DNA of 64,000 bases from the NCBI GenBank assembly GCA_934646115.1, contig CAKUEM010000003.1, positions 80 to 64,079 of the forward strand, read 5' to 3'. The stretch's first letter is position 1; each line of letters starts with the position of its first letter. This document shows, piece by piece, positions 63,797-64,000 of this stretch. The translations under genes and the position numbers were made by a program. The notes under the pieces were generated by a model. It ran no database searches. It saw only the letters and a program-made list of their open reading frames with translations, and was not told the origin of the DNA. This DNA is from an uncultured Oscillospiraceae bacterium (GTDB lineage Bacteria; Bacillota; Clostridia; Oscillospirales; JAAYXM01).

Positions 63797-64000
63797 ATGC
63801 GCCCGCATGAGTCGCGCGCGCCCGCTGCGGCGCTGCTGCTGTTTATTTTTGCATTCGGTGGGCTGCTTTATTATTATGTAACGACTGTGCGTCCGCTGCT
63901 TGAGCAGTATGTCGAATCGGAGCTTCGAAACCGCGTGAATCTCATGGTGAGCCGCATCGTGGAGGACGAAATCGCCCGCTCGGGCGTGGAATATGCGTCG
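63797..64000 (+). CDS. yunB: Sporulation protein YunB-like (5' partial; runs off the window)
   Basis: Open frame from 63737 to the window end. TM segment AAALLLFIFAFGGLLYYYV, then RPLLEQYVESELRNRVNLMVSRIVEDEI, which resembles YunB. The start is uncertain (ATG at 63797, or a non-canonical start near 63749). Confidence 0.5.
   Translation, partial: MRPHESRAPAAALLLFIFAFGGLLYYYVTTVRPLLEQYVESELRNRVNLMVSRIVEDEIARSGVEYAS

Overview
This window looks like chromosomal DNA from a high-GC, spore-forming Firmicute, probably Clostridia. That reading rests on the gdpP-rplI-dnaB, tilS-hpt-ftsH and rplU-prp-rpmA-obg syntenies and a yunB-like gene at the right edge. I call about 58 CDS, no rRNA or tRNA genes and no CRISPR array. 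Layout: a sugar-binding lipoprotein with two amidohydrolases (1-3.2 kb) and a YtrA-type GntR/ABC operon (3.4-5.2 kb). A ~21-kb polysaccharide locus follows (5.2-26.5 kb), made of 2 divergent genes plus a tightly packed 17-gene + strand operon with flippase, polymerase, priming transferase, 8 glycosyltransferases and 4 acyl/acetyltransferases. Then a MATE efflux gene, a ~0.7-kb low-GC spacer holding one small orphan ORF and conspicuous repeats (28.16-28.86 kb), and an aminotransferase-trpS-wecA-like operon. The rest is mostly housekeeping genes with a few accessory ones. The most unusual content is in three places. First, the polysaccharide operon carries its own degenerate c-di-GMP hardware: a Wzz-like co-polymerase fused to a dead GGDEF domain, and a dead-GGDEF/EAL protein. 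It also has a DnaA-domain-I-like/metallophosphoesterase fusion, a DivIVA-like protein and a terminator-containing leader. Second, the 28.2-28.9 kb module has a perfect 25-bp inverted repeat, 23-nt direct repeats bracketing the orphan ORF, an SD-sequestering hairpin and a convergent terminator suggesting an antisense RNA. Third, a promoter-structured leader-terminator unit lies upstream of the MATE gene. Other notable items are a triad-less trypsin-like protein, a PyrB fused to a PyrI Zn domain, an EF-G paralog with degenerate GTPase motifs and a decayed DUF2992-like pseudogene. All functional calls rest on motif recognition by eye, and no database search was run.
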